From: Kaistia sp.
GTDB taxonomy: Bacteria > Pseudomonadota > Alphaproteobacteria > Rhizobiales > Kaistiaceae
NCBI GenBank assembly: GCA_963966455.1
Contig: CAWZZK010000053.1
Location: 629-64,628 of the forward strand
Length of the DNA: 64,000 bases
Direction: 5' to 3'
Shown here: piece after piece, positions 51,250 through 60,290 of the stretch
Layout: every line of letters starts with the position of its first letter
Position numbering within the stretch: position 1 is the stretch's first letter
Program-made: the position numbers and the translations under genes
Notes under the pieces: model-generated
Databases searched by the model: none
Told to the model about the DNA's origin: nothing
The model's input: only the letters and a program-made list of their open reading frames with translations

Positions 51250-51762
51250 ATGATCAACGCGAAGCGGTCAGTGGATTCGCTCAATCAACCGCAGACCCCG
51301 GCTGAGCTGAAGCCACTATACATGGAGGCGCTGACGCTGGTCGAGCGGCTTCATCGCCGCCTGCTCGACGTGATCAAGGATGAGTTCGACCGTTCGGGTC
51401 GTTCCGACGTGAACAGCGTGCAGGCGCTGCTGCTGTTCAACATCGGCGACTCGGAGCTGACGGCCGGAGAACTTCGCTCCCGCGGCTACTATCTCGGCTC
51501 GAACGTCTCCTACAATCTGAAGAAGCTCGTCGAGATGGGCTACATCCACCACCAGCGCTCGCGCATGGATCGCCGCTCGGTCCGCGTCAGCCTGACGCCC
51601 AAGGGCCAGGAGATCGCCAACATCGTCGGCAATCTCTATGAGCGCCACATCCGCTCGATCCAGCAGGTCGGCGGCATCGCGATCGACGACTTCCAGCTCA
51701 TCAACAAGTCGCTCCACCGCCTCGAGCGCTTCTGGACCGACCAGATCCTCTACCGGCTCTGA
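51250..51762 (+). CDS. MarR-family transcriptional regulator (LdtR-like)
   Basis: I chose ATG 51250 (GTG 51229 is an alternative). The winged-helix region is LTAGELRSRGYYLGSNVSYNLKKLVEMGYIHHQRSRMDRRSVRVSLT. The order MarR, L,D-transpeptidase, glyA matches the ldtR-ldtP-glyA arrangement I recall from Sinorhizobium and Liberibacter. Confidence 0.85.
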   Translation: MINAKRSVDSLNQPQTPAELKPLYMEALTLVERLHRRLLDVIKDEFDRSGRSDVNSVQALLLFNIGDSELTAGELRSRGYYLGSNVSYNLKKLVEMGYIHHQRSRMDRRSVRVSLTPKGQEIANIVGNLYERHIRSIQQVGGIAIDDFQLINKSLHRLERFWTDQILYRL

Positions 51763-52118
51763 ACGTCCCTCATCCCCACCCCTGGGTCAGGCCGGCACAG
51801 ACCCCGTCGCGCGAGCGGCGGGGTCTTCGCCGTTCGGACCGCAGGCGTCCGCCGTCCTCGTGAACCCCGCGGTAACCATGCCGCGCGCATGATCGCCGGA
51901 GGCGTCGGGTTTCCGGCCGGACCCGTGACATGAAAGCGCCATACTGGCGTGAAAACGAAGCCGGAACGATGTGGGGCGCGCGTCGGGCGTGCTTTCGCGT
52001 TAGCATGTGCAGCAAAGCGGATGGTTGATCCGCGAGAACCGATGTCGCGATGCGGAGCGGGGCGGGTGCCTCGAAACCCTGGCGCAGGGCCGGTTCCAGC
52101 AATGATGAGAACGGATTG

Positions 52119-53426
52119 ATGAGCGGTTCCTCCAAGCGTTCCTCCCTCGACGGCCTCGCGTCCGGCCTCGGCGGCCTTTCGCGGCGCAACATGCTGAAGC
52201 TGCTCGCCGGCGGGGCGGCCATGACGGCGCTCGGCGCCGGCTCGGCCTTGGCGCAGGACGTCGATCCCATCCAGCAGATGCTGCAGAGTTCGTTCCAGGA
52301 AGCCTCCGATGGCTTTGATGCCGGCAATGGCGGCGTCGCCTCGGTGCGCACCAGCGAGCCGATCCTTTCGCCGTCGACCTCCATGGCCGTCGAAGGCGCC
52401 ATCGCGCGCTACAACGAGATCGTCGCCGCGGGCGGCTGGCCGCAGGTTCCCGGCGACCAGAAGCTCAGCCTCGGCATGCGCGACCCGGCGGTGGTCATCC
52501 TGCGCCAGCGGCTCACGGTCTCCGGCGATCTCGCGCCGGGCATTCCTTCCTCCGAGACTTTCGATTCCTATGTCGACGCGGCGCTCCGCCGCTTCCAGGC
52601 GCGGCACGGCCTGCCGGCCGATGGCGTGCTCGGCGTCTCGACGGTCGGCATGATGAACGTGCCGGCCGATGTTCGCCTCGCGCAGCTGCAGACCAATCTC
52701 GTGCGCCTCAAGGCGATGTCGGGCCCGCTCGGCGAGCGCTATGTGATGGTCAACGTGCCGGCCGCCTCGATCGAGGTGGTCGAGGGTCTCCGTGTGGTTT
52801 CGCGCCACACCGCCGTCGTCGGCAAGATCGACCGCGAGACGCCGATCCTCAATTCCAAGATCTACCGGATCAGCTTCAACCCGTACTGGACGGTGCCGGC
52901 CTCGATCATCCGCAAGGATCTGATCCCGCTGATGCAGAAGCAGCCGGACTACCTGACCAAGAAGCATATCCGCATCTACGACAATGCCGGCATCGCGGTG
53001 CCGCCGACGGCAATCGACTGGAACACCGACCAAGCGACCAAGGGCTATCTCTTCCGGCAGGATCCGGGCGATTTCAACTCGCTCGGCACGGTGCGCATCT
53101 CGTTCCACAACGACGAGGACGTCTATATGCACGACACGCCGCTGAAGGACATCTTCGGCAATGTCGAGCGTTTCGATTCCTCGGGCTGCGTGCGCGTGCA
53201 GAATGTCCGCCAGGTCATCGCCTGGCTGCTGCGCGACAATCCGGAATTCCCGCGTTCGCGCATCGACGAGATCTTCAAGTCCGGCGAGCGGGTCGACGTG
53301 AACCTGAAGCCCGAGGTTCCGGTCTATCTCGAATACATCACCGCCTGGGCGACCCCGGACGGCGCGGTCTATTTCCGCAACGACATCTACAATCGCGACG
53401 GCGTCGGCCAGATCGCGCTGCAGTAA
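52119..53426 (+). CDS. L,D-transpeptidase (PG-binding domain plus YkuD domain) with a Tat-type signal
   Basis: I chose ATG 52119 inside ORF 52050..53426. It has the twin-arginine motif LSRRNMLKLLAGGAAMTALGAGSALA and the PG_binding_1-like RFQARHGLPADGVLG. The catalytic block is MHDTP...SSGCVRV. Confidence 0.9.
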   Translation: MSGSSKRSSLDGLASGLGGLSRRNMLKLLAGGAAMTALGAGSALAQDVDPIQQMLQSSFQEASDGFDAGNGGVASVRTSEPILSPSTSMAVEGAIARYNEIVAAGGWPQVPGDQKLSLGMRDPAVVILRQRLTVSGDLAPGIPSSETFDSYVDAALRRFQARHGLPADGVLGVSTVGMMNVPADVRLAQLQTNLVRLKAMSGPLGERYVMVNVPAASIEVVEGLRVVSRHTAVVGKIDRETPILNSKIYRISFNPYWTVPASIIRKDLIPLMQKQPDYLTKKHIRIYDNAGIAVPPTAIDWNTDQATKGYLFRQDPGDFNSLGTVRISFHNDEDVYMHDTPLKDIFGNVERFDSSGCVRVQNVRQVIAWLLRDNPEFPRSRIDEIFKSGERVDVNLKPEVPVYLEYITAWATPDGAVYFRNDIYNRDGVGQIALQ

Positions 53427-53554
53427 GGCGTCCGCCGCCTTCACACGCCCACCATCGATAGGTTGGCGCCTTGGCGCCGACCGCATGATATGGTACGTGC
53501 CGCCGTCCGGTGCGGCGCGTCCTTTCCGCCCGCCCGAGGAGAAGGAACATCGCC

Positions 53555-54859
53555 ATGTCGCTGATCGATAGCGCGCGCCCGGCCACCACGGCCGACTTCT
53601 TCAATCGCAGTCTTGCGGAGTCCGATCCCGAGATTGCCGATGCGATCGCGAAGGAGCTCGGTCGTCAGCAAGGCGACATCGAGCTGATCGCTTCCGAGAA
53701 CATCGTGTCCCGCGCCGTGCTCGAGGCGCAGGGCTCGATCATGACCAACAAATATGCCGAGGGCTATCCGGGCAAGCGCTACTATGGCGGCTGCGAGTTC
53801 GTCGACATCGCCGAGACGCTGGCGATAGAGCGCGCCAAGAAGCTGTTCGGCGCCGGCTTCGCCAATGTGCAGCCGAATTCCGGCAGCCAGATGAACCAGG
53901 CCGTGTTCCTGGCGCTGCTCGAGCCCGGCGACACTTTCATGGGCCTCGACCTCGCGGCGGGTGGTCACCTGACGCATGGCTCCTCGGTCAACATGTCCGG
54001 CAAGTGGTTCAAGGTGGCGCCCTATGGCGTGCGCCGCGAGGACCAGCTGCTCGACTATGACGAGATCCAGAAGATCGCCGAGGAGTCGAAGCCGAAGCTG
54101 ATCATCGCCGGCGGCACCGCCTATTCGCGCGTCTGGGACTTCAAGCGCTTCCGCGAGATCGCCGATTCGGTCGGCGCCTATCTCATGGTCGACATGGCGC
54201 ATTTCTCCGGCCTCGTCGCCGGCGGCGTGCATCCCTCGCCGATGCCCTATGCCCATGTCGTCACCTCGACCACGCACAAGTCGCTGCGCGGTCCGCGCGG
54301 CGGCCTGATCCTCACCAATGACGAGGCGATCGCCAAGAAGATCAACTCGGCCGTCTTCCCGGGTCTGCAGGGCGGACCGCTGATGCATGTCATCGCCGCC
54401 AAAGCCGTCGCCTTCGGCGAAGCGCTCCGTCCCGACTTCAAGCTCTACGCGAAGAACGTCGTCGAAAACGCTCGTGCGCTTGCGGAAACGCTGCGCGCGG
54501 CCGGCTTCGACATCGTCTCGGGCGGCACCGATAACCATCTGATGCTGGTCGATCTTCGTCCGAAGGGCCTCAGGGGCAATGTCTCGGAGAAGGCGCTCGT
54601 GCGCGCCGGCCTCACCTGCAACAAGAACGGCATTCCCTATGATCCGGAGAAGCCGTTCGTGACCTCGGGCATCCGTCTCGGCACGCCGGCGGCGACGACC
54701 CGCGGCTTCGGCATCGCCGAGTTCCAGGAGGTCGGCCGGCTGATCGCCGAGGTACTGGGCGCAGTCGCCCAGTCCGAGGACGGCAGCGCGCCGCTCGTCG
54801 AGGCATCGGTGAAGCAGCGCGTGCACGCGCTCACCGACCGCTTCCCGATCTATTCCTGA
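53555..54859 (+). CDS. glyA: serine hydroxymethyltransferase
   Basis: I chose ATG 53555. It has [10 protein letters not shown] and the PLP-lysine block [16 protein letters not shown]. Confidence 0.97.
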   Translation: MSLIDSARPATTADFFNRSLAESDPEIADAIAKELGRQQGDIELIASENIVSRAVLEAQGSIMTNKYAEGYPGKRYYGGCEFVDIAETLAIERAKKLFGAGFANVQPNSGSQMNQAVFLALLEPGDTFMGLDLAAGGHLTHGSSVNMSGKWFKVAPYGVRREDQLLDYDEIQKIAEESKPKLIIAGGTAYSRVWDFKRFREIADSVGAYLMVDMAHFSGLVAGGVHPSPMPYAHVVTSTTHKSLRGPRGGLILTNDEAIAKKINSAVFPGLQGGPLMHVIAAKAVAFGEALRPDFKLYAKNVVENARALAETLRAAGFDIVSGGTDNHLMLVDLRPKGLRGNVSEKALVRAGLTCNKNGIPYDPEKPFVTSGIRLGTPAATTRGFGIAEFQEVGRLIAEVLGAVAQSEDGSAPLVEASVKQRVHALTDRFPIYS

Positions 54860-54871
54860 CGAAAGGCCGCC

Positions 54872-55348
54872 ATGCGCTGTCCCTATTGCGGAAGCGACGA
54901 TACGCAGGTCAAGGATTCGCGTCCGTCCGAGGACAGCAACTCGATTCGCCGCCGCCGGGTCTGCACGACCTGCGGCGGCCGCTTCACGACCTTCGAGCGC
55001 GTTCAGCTGCGTGAGCTCATCGTGCTCAAGAAGAGCGGGCGCCGCGTTCCCTTCGATCGCGACAAGCTGATGCGCTCGGTCGAGATCGCGCTCCGCAAGC
55101 GCTCGGTCGAGCCGGAGCGGGTCGAGCGCATGATCAACGGCGTCGTCCGCCAGCTGGAAAGCAGCGGCGAGAGCGAAGTCAATTCCGACCAGATCGGCGT
55201 GCTGGTCATGGAGGGATTGAAAGGGCTCGACGACGTCGCCTATGTGAGATTCGCCTCCGTCTACCGGAATTTCCGCGAGGCGAAGGATTTCTCGACCGTG
55301 CTCAGCGAGCTGGCCTCGCCCGAGCCGGTGGATCTCGATCGGAAATAG
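54872..55348 (+). CDS. nrdR: transcriptional repressor NrdR
   Basis: 158-aa ORF starting [17 protein letters not shown]...[17 protein letters not shown] (zinc ribbon), followed by an ATP-cone. Confidence 0.96.
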   Translation: MRCPYCGSDDTQVKDSRPSEDSNSIRRRRVCTTCGGRFTTFERVQLRELIVLKKSGRRVPFDRDKLMRSVEIALRKRSVEPERVERMINGVVRQLESSGESEVNSDQIGVLVMEGLKGLDDVAYVRFASVYRNFREAKDFSTVLSELASPEPVDLDRK

Positions 55349-55387
55349 GCGCGACGCCGCGGCCCGCGTGCCGCCGTCCGAGGCAGG

Positions 55388-56545
55388 ATGACGGCCGGGG
55401 GCAGCATGACCGACGCGGCGCGGCTCACCAGCGATCCCGAGACCGACCGACGGCTGATGGCCGCCGCGCTCAGGCATGGCCGCCGCAACCAGGGCCGCAC
55501 CCATCCGGCGCCGGCGGTCGGCGCGCTTCTCGTGCGCTTCGATGGCGGCCAGCCTGTCGTCGTCGGCCGCGGCGTGACCTCTTCGGGCGGACTGACACCG
55601 GCCAGTGTCGCGGCGCTCACGGAGGCGGGCGATCTCGCGCGCGGCGCCACCTTCTACACGACGTTCGAACCCATGATGCGGCATGGCGACGGCTATTCCG
55701 AGACCGACGCGCTTATCGCGGCCGGGATTACGCGGCTGGTCTCGGCGATGGACGATCCCGATCCCCGCCGCACGCGCTCCGGCTATGCACGGCTGCGCGA
55801 GGCGGGGATCGACGTCACGGCCGGCGTGCTCGGCGATGAGGCCCGGCGTGCCCATGCGGGCTATGTCAGCGTCGTCCGTGACGGCCGCCCGCATGTCACG
55901 CTGAAGCTCGCCGTCTCCGCCGACGGCATGATCGGCCGCAAGAGCGGCGAGCGCATGCTCGTGTCGGGACCCGGGGCTTTCCGCCGGCTGCAGATGCTGA
56001 GGATCGAGAGTGACGCCTCGCTGATCGGCATCGAGACGGCGCTGGTCAACGATCCGAGCCTCGTCGTCCGCGTGGCGGGCCTTCGCCATCTCTCGCCGGT
56101 CCGCGTCGTGCTCGATGCCGATGCCCGGCTCGATCCGTCGTCGGCGCTCGTCGCCGGCGCCCACGAGGTGCCGCTCTGGCTCTTCGTCGGGCCCGACGCG
56201 CCGCCATCGGCCGTCGCGCGGCTGGAAGAGGCGGGCGCGACCGTGCTCACGGTCGGCTCCGGCACCGGCGGCCTCGATATCCGCGCCGTCATGCGCCATC
56301 TCGCCGAGCGCGGCATCACGCGGCTGCTGGTCGAAGGCGGCGCCCGCGTCGCGGCGACGGTCGTGGGGCAGGGGCTTGCCGACGAGGTCGTGCTGTTCCG
56401 CGCGCCGGTCGTCATCGGCCCCGACGGCGTCCGGGCGCTGGCCGGCGGGGCGCTTTCCGCCATCGAGCGCAGCCCGCGCTATCGCATCGTCGAGGACGCG
56501 CCGCTCGGCGAGGACCGCCTGATCCGCTTTGAAAGGACCACCTGA
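55388..56545 (+). CDS. ribD: riboflavin biosynthesis protein RibD homologue (reductase domain intact; deaminase active-site residues substituted)
   Basis: 385-aa ORF, collinear with RibD (HPAPAVGALLV, GATFYTTFEP, DALIAAGITRLV, the reductase-domain block VTLKLAVSADGMIG, LLVEGGA). The HAE and PC..C zinc and catalytic positions read PAS and PM...E. Confidence 0.85.
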   Translation: MTAGGSMTDAARLTSDPETDRRLMAAALRHGRRNQGRTHPAPAVGALLVRFDGGQPVVVGRGVTSSGGLTPASVAALTEAGDLARGATFYTTFEPMMRHGDGYSETDALIAAGITRLVSAMDDPDPRRTRSGYARLREAGIDVTAGVLGDEARRAHAGYVSVVRDGRPHVTLKLAVSADGMIGRKSGERMLVSGPGAFRRLQMLRIESDASLIGIETALVNDPSLVVRVAGLRHLSPVRVVLDADARLDPSSALVAGAHEVPLWLFVGPDAPPSAVARLEEAGATVLTVGSGTGGLDIRAVMRHLAERGITRLLVEGGARVAATVVGQGLADEVVLFRAPVVIGPDGVRALAGGALSAIERSPRYRIVEDAPLGEDRLIRFERTT

Positions 56546-56547
56546 CC

Positions 56548-57159
56548 ATGTTCACCGGGATCATCACCGATGTCGGCACCGTGACCGCCGTCGAGCGGCG
56601 CAACGACGTCCATCGCATCACCATCGACAGCGCCTATGACCCGGCGACGATCGCCATCGGCGCCTCGATCGCCTGCGCCGGCGTCTGCCTCACGGTGATC
56701 TCGCTCGATCCGAAGGCCGAGGGCGGCACGCGCTTCGATGTCGAGGCAGCACCCGAGACGCTGGCGTTGACCGAGGTCGCGCATTGGGATGCCGGCACGC
56801 GCATCAATCTCGAGCGATCGCTGAAGCTCGGCGACGAACTCGGCGGCCACATGGTTTCAGGCCATGTCGACGCGCTCGCCACGGTCGTCGCCCGCGAGGA
56901 TCTCGGCGAGACGACCCGCTTCGTTTTCGAGGTGCCGCATGCCTATGCCCGCTTCATCGCCACCAAGGGCTCGGTCGCGCTGGACGGCACCTCGCTCACC
57001 GTCAACTGGGTGGACGGCGACCGTTTCTCGGTGCTGCTGATCCCGCACACCCTCCATGCCGACGTCACGACCTGGGGCGCGCGCAAGGTCGGCGACCGCG
57101 TCCATCTCGAAGTCGACCAGATGGCCCGCTACGTCGCCCGCCTCACCGAAGCCGCCTGA
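56548..57159 (+). CDS. ribE: riboflavin synthase (alpha chain)
   Basis: 203-aa ORF starting MFTGIITDVGTV, with an internal repeat carrying GHVD and SLTV. Confidence 0.95.
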   Translation: MFTGIITDVGTVTAVERRNDVHRITIDSAYDPATIAIGASIACAGVCLTVISLDPKAEGGTRFDVEAAPETLALTEVAHWDAGTRINLERSLKLGDELGGHMVSGHVDALATVVAREDLGETTRFVFEVPHAYARFIATKGSVALDGTSLTVNWVDGDRFSVLLIPHTLHADVTTWGARKVGDRVHLEVDQMARYVARLTEAA

Positions 57160-57168
57160 GCCCCGCCC

Positions 57169-57318
57169 TTCTCCCTCCCCCTTGCGGGGAGGGCCGGGGT
57201 GGGGGTGGCGCAGGACTGCCGAGGCGGTGGAAGCCGCTTTCGGGAACGGACCGGCTGGCACCGGCGGCGCGCTCTCGTCTCGACCCCCACCCCAGCCCTG
57301 CCCGCAAGGGGGAGGGAA
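57169..57318. repeat. GC-rich composite inverted-repeat element (REP/RIME-like) between convergent genes
   Basis: The arm TTCTCCCTCCCCCTTGCGGGGAGGGCCGGGGTGGGGG (57169-57205) matches the reverse complement of 57284-57318, with 2 mismatches and a 2-nt indel. Each arm also holds its own CCCTCCCC-TTGC-GGGGAGGG mini-hairpin. Confidence 0.8.
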
Positions 57319-57376
57319 TCAGGGTACAGCCCGTCCCTGGCGTTCGTCAGTCTGTCGCCAGCGCGGCCAGCCTCCG

Positions 57377-58075
57377 TCAGAGCTTGACCGGCAGCGGGGT
57401 CTCGATGAAGCCGGTCACCTCGTCGGTCGACATCACGTCGGCGAAGATCGTCACCATATTGGTGAGCGAGGCGTTGTGGTCGGCGTCGTTAAGCGCCGAG
57501 GTCGCGTCGGAGGTGAAGATCACGCGGTAGTTCAGCTGCATCGCGTCGCGGGCGGTCGACTCGCAGCAGCAATTCGTCACCGTGCCCGAGATGATGAGCG
57601 TGTCGATGCCGCGCTCGGCGAGGATCGACTGCAGCGGCGAGGCGCCCGGCGCGAAGCAGGAATAGCGGTTCTTGTCCATGACGATGTCGGCATCGGTCAC
57701 CTCGATGCCGGCATAGAGCTCGCGGCCATGGGTGCCGGGGCGGAGGATCGCCTTCACATTGTCGGACCGGCGCTTGTCGCAGAAATAGCCGAGCCAGATA
57801 GTCCAGCGCTCCTCGACATCGGCGTCGAGCGACATGCGCGTGAAGATGTTGAGCCCGCCTTTGGCGCGCATCGCGGCGGAGATGCGGTTGATGTTGTCGA
57901 CCGTGTCGCGCGAAAGCGGCACTTCGAGCTCGGCGCCCTCCTCGAGGAAGGCGTTCTGCATGTCGATCACGAGATGCGCGGTTCGGGCCGGGTCGATATC
58001 CGAGAAGACGTGATCGACGCCGCGCCATTGGCGGACGGTCTGGAGCGCGTGGTCGATATTGACGATATGGGGCAT
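57377..58075 (-). CDS. isochorismatase-family cysteine hydrolase
   Basis: I chose ATG 58075 inside ORF 57377..58132. The D-K-C triad context is intact: LVIDMQNAF, DKNRYSCF and ISGTVTNCCCESTARDA. Confidence 0.85.
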   Translation of the reverse strand: MPHIVNIDHALQTVRQWRGVDHVFSDIDPARTAHLVIDMQNAFLEEGAELEVPLSRDTVDNINRISAAMRAKGGLNIFTRMSLDADVEERWTIWLGYFCDKRRSDNVKAILRPGTHGRELYAGIEVTDADIVMDKNRYSCFAPGASPLQSILAERGIDTLIISGTVTNCCCESTARDAMQLNYRVIFTSDATSALNDADHNASLTNMVTIFADVMSTDEVTGFIETPLPVKL

Positions 58076-58317
58076 CGCGGATTCTCTCGTCTTGGGGCCG
58101 CCGAGTGTCGGAAGGGGAGGCCGCTGCCGCAAGCCTCATCATCGGGCGCGCGGAGGCCAGTCCTTGGGCAGCGCGCGGACCAGACATCGTCAGTGCTGTC
58201 CCGTCGATCAGGCAGGCGGGCGCGGCATGGCGCCCATGCGTGCTTTTCGCTTTACAGTCCGGGGGGCGCATGGTTCACCTGCCGCCCGATCCCGACCCCA
58301 GCAAGGCCATTTCCGAC

Positions 58318-58770
58318 ATGAGCGACGCTGCCCCCAATCTCCTCGTCATCGAGGCCCGCTTCTACGAGGATATCGCCGACGCGCTCTTCGAGGGTGCGAG
58401 CCAGGCCCTCACCAAGGCCGGCGCCACGTTCGAGCGCGTTTCCGTTCCGGGCGTCCTCGAAATTCCCGCCGCGCTCTCGATGGCGCTCGCCGCCATGGAA
58501 GACGGCGAGGCCGATTATGACGGCTTCGTCGTGCTCGGCACGGTGATCCGCGGCGAGACCACGCATTACGACATCGTCGCCAACGAATCCGCCCGCGCGA
58601 TCATGGACATGGCGGTGATCGAGGCGCTCGCCATCGGCAACGGCATCCTGACCGTCGAGAACGACGACCAGGCCTGGGCGCGCGCCAAGGTGACCGACAA
58701 GAACAAGGGCGGCGCCGCGGCCGAAGCGGCGCTGGCGATGATCGCGCTCCGCAAGAAATTCGGGCTCTGA
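58318..58770 (+). CDS. ribH: 6,7-dimethyl-8-ribityllumazine synthase
   Basis: I chose ATG 58318 inside ORF 58105..58770. The product starts [23 protein letters not shown]...VPGVLEIP and contains [12 protein letters not shown]. Confidence 0.93.
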   Translation: MSDAAPNLLVIEARFYEDIADALFEGASQALTKAGATFERVSVPGVLEIPAALSMALAAMEDGEADYDGFVVLGTVIRGETTHYDIVANESARAIMDMAVIEALAIGNGILTVENDDQAWARAKVTDKNKGGAAAEAALAMIALRKKFGL

Positions 58771-58771
58771 C

Positions 58772-59302
58772 ATGCCGCCAGCCGACAAGGCGCCTGCCTC
58801 GGGGCCGGTTCCCCGCATGTTCCGGCCCGCCAACCAGCGAGGCGTCGCGCGCCTCGCCGCGGTGCAGGCGCTCTACCAGATGGATGTCGGCGGCGCCTCG
58901 CTCACCGAGGTCGTCGCCGAATTCGAGAATTTCCGGCTCGGCAAGGAGCTCGACGGCGAGCAGTATCGCGACGCCGACGCCGCCTTCTTCCGCGACGTGA
59001 TCGCCGGTGTCGTGCGCGAGCAGCGCAATCTCGACCCGGCCATCCACACCTCGCTTTCGGCCGATTGGCCGCTGTCGCGCATCGATGTGACGCTGCGCGC
59101 GATCCTGCGCTGCGGCGCCTATGAGCTGGCCGGGCGCAAGGATGTGCCGGGCAAGGTCGTGATCACCGAATATGTCGATATCGCGCGCGCCTTCTTCGGC
59201 GATGGCGACGAGTTGCGGCTGGTGAATGCCGTGCTCGACACCACAGCGCGCCGCCTGCGGCCGGGCGAATTCGAAGGCGACAGCCGGGGCCGAAATGGCT
59301 GA
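58772..59302 (+). CDS. nusB: transcription antitermination factor NusB
   Basis: 176-aa ORF starting 1 nt after the ribH stop (ATG 58817 is an alternative). It has [20 protein letters not shown]. Confidence 0.93.
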   Translation: MPPADKAPASGPVPRMFRPANQRGVARLAAVQALYQMDVGGASLTEVVAEFENFRLGKELDGEQYRDADAAFFRDVIAGVVREQRNLDPAIHTSLSADWPLSRIDVTLRAILRCGAYELAGRKDVPGKVVITEYVDIARAFFGDGDELRLVNAVLDTTARRLRPGEFEGDSRGRNG

Positions 59303-60290
59303 GGACGCGGCGCGGCCGGGCGAGTTCGATCTGATCGCCCGCTACCTGCGACCGCTGGCGGATGATCCCGCCGCGCTCAACCTCACCGACGACGCGGCGG
59401 CCTTCGTGCCGCCGCCCGGTCAAAGCCTCGTGCTTACCAAAGACATGGTGGCAGCCGGCGTCCACTTCTTCCCCGACGACCCTGCCGTCTCGATCGCGCG
59501 CAAGGCGCTTCGCGTCAATCTCTCCGACCTCGCGGCCAAGGGCGCGCGACCGCTCGGCTATCTGCTCGGCCTCGCGCTGCCCGCCGACTGGACGCCGGAG
59601 TGGATGGCCGATTTCGCGGCCGGGCTCGCGGGTGACCAAGCGGCCTATGGCATCGCGCTGCTCGGCGGCGACACCGTGAAGGCCGCCGGCGGCCTCACCC
59701 TCTCGATCACCGCCATCGGCGCGGTGCCCGACGGCGGCATGGCGCGCCGCGCGGGCGCGAAGCCAGGCGACGCGATCTATGTCAGCGGCACGATCGGCGA
59801 CGCGGCGCTCGGGCTCCGCCTTCGCCTCGGCACGCTCGACGGCACGTCAGCCGGGGAGGGGACGGCTCATCTCCTCGACCGCTATCTCCATCCGCAGCCG
59901 CGCCTGGCATTGGCGGAGGCGGTGCGGCTGCATGCCCATGCCGCGCTCGACGTCTCGGACGGGCTGGTCGGCGATCTCGGCCATATGCTGAAGGCCTCCG
60001 GCGTCGGCGCGCGGCTCGAGGCGGCGCTGGTGCCGCTCTCCGATGCGGCGCGCGCGCTCGCCGGCTCCGATCCCTCGGCGCTCGTCAGCATCCTCTCCGG
60101 CGGCGACGACTACGAGATCCTCGCCGCCGTGCCGCCTGACCGCGCCACAGCCTTCGAGGCGGAAGCCAAGGCGGTCGGTGTTCCCGTCACGCGCATCGGC
60201 ACCATCCTCGCCGAGCCGGGCGCGCCGCAGGTGGTCGACGGCGAGGGGCGGATGATCCAACTCGCGAGGGCGTCGCATGACCATTTCTGA
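59295..60290 (+). CDS. thiL: thiamine-monophosphate kinase
   Basis: I chose ATG 59295, which overlaps the nusB stop. It has [25 protein letters not shown] and GGDT, which are AIR-synthase-related folds. Confidence 0.92.
   Translation: MAEDAARPGEFDLIARYLRPLADDPAALNLTDDAAAFVPPPGQSLVLTKDMVAAGVHFFPDDPAVSIARKALRVNLSDLAAKGARPLGYLLGLALPADWTPEWMADFAAGLAGDQAAYGIALLGGDTVKAAGGLTLSITAIGAVPDGGMARRAGAKPGDAIYVSGTIGDAALGLRLRLGTLDGTSAGEGTAHLLDRYLHPQPRLALAEAVRLHAHAALDVSDGLVGDLGHMLKASGVGARLEAALVPLSDAARALAGSDPSALVSILSGGDDYEILAAVPPDRATAFEAEAKAVGVPVTRIGTILAEPGAPQVVDGEGRMIQLARASHDHF

Noticed and set aside
53427-53554. Possible ZTP/pfl or other riboswitch upstream of glyA.
   Set aside because: Only a small GGCGCC-TT-GGCGCC palindrome is present. 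The pfl cores (GGGTCGTGACTGGCG..., CCGCCTGGGC) are absent.
53441-56299. 952-aa ORF on the minus strand, antisense to glyA, nrdR and ribD.
   Set aside because: It overlaps three conserved genes with unmistakable motifs. The translation is low complexity (R/A/G/D), which marks it as a high-GC artefact.
58076-58317. Possible FMN (RFN) riboswitch in the 242-nt spacer upstream of ribH.
   Set aside because: I looked for the conserved RFN cores (GGGCGGGGCGAAATTCCCCACCGGCGGT, GCCCGCGAGC, CCGACGGT.AAAGTCCGGATG). None is present, so I make no riboswitch call. An Infernal scan would settle it.
56548-58770. Absence of ribBA between ribE and ribH, considered as a deletion or pseudogenisation event.
   Set aside because: As far as I recall, the glyA-nrdR-ribD-ribE-(x)-ribH-nusB-thiL order without ribBA is common in Rhizobiales. 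There are no gene remnants or frameshifted fragments here.
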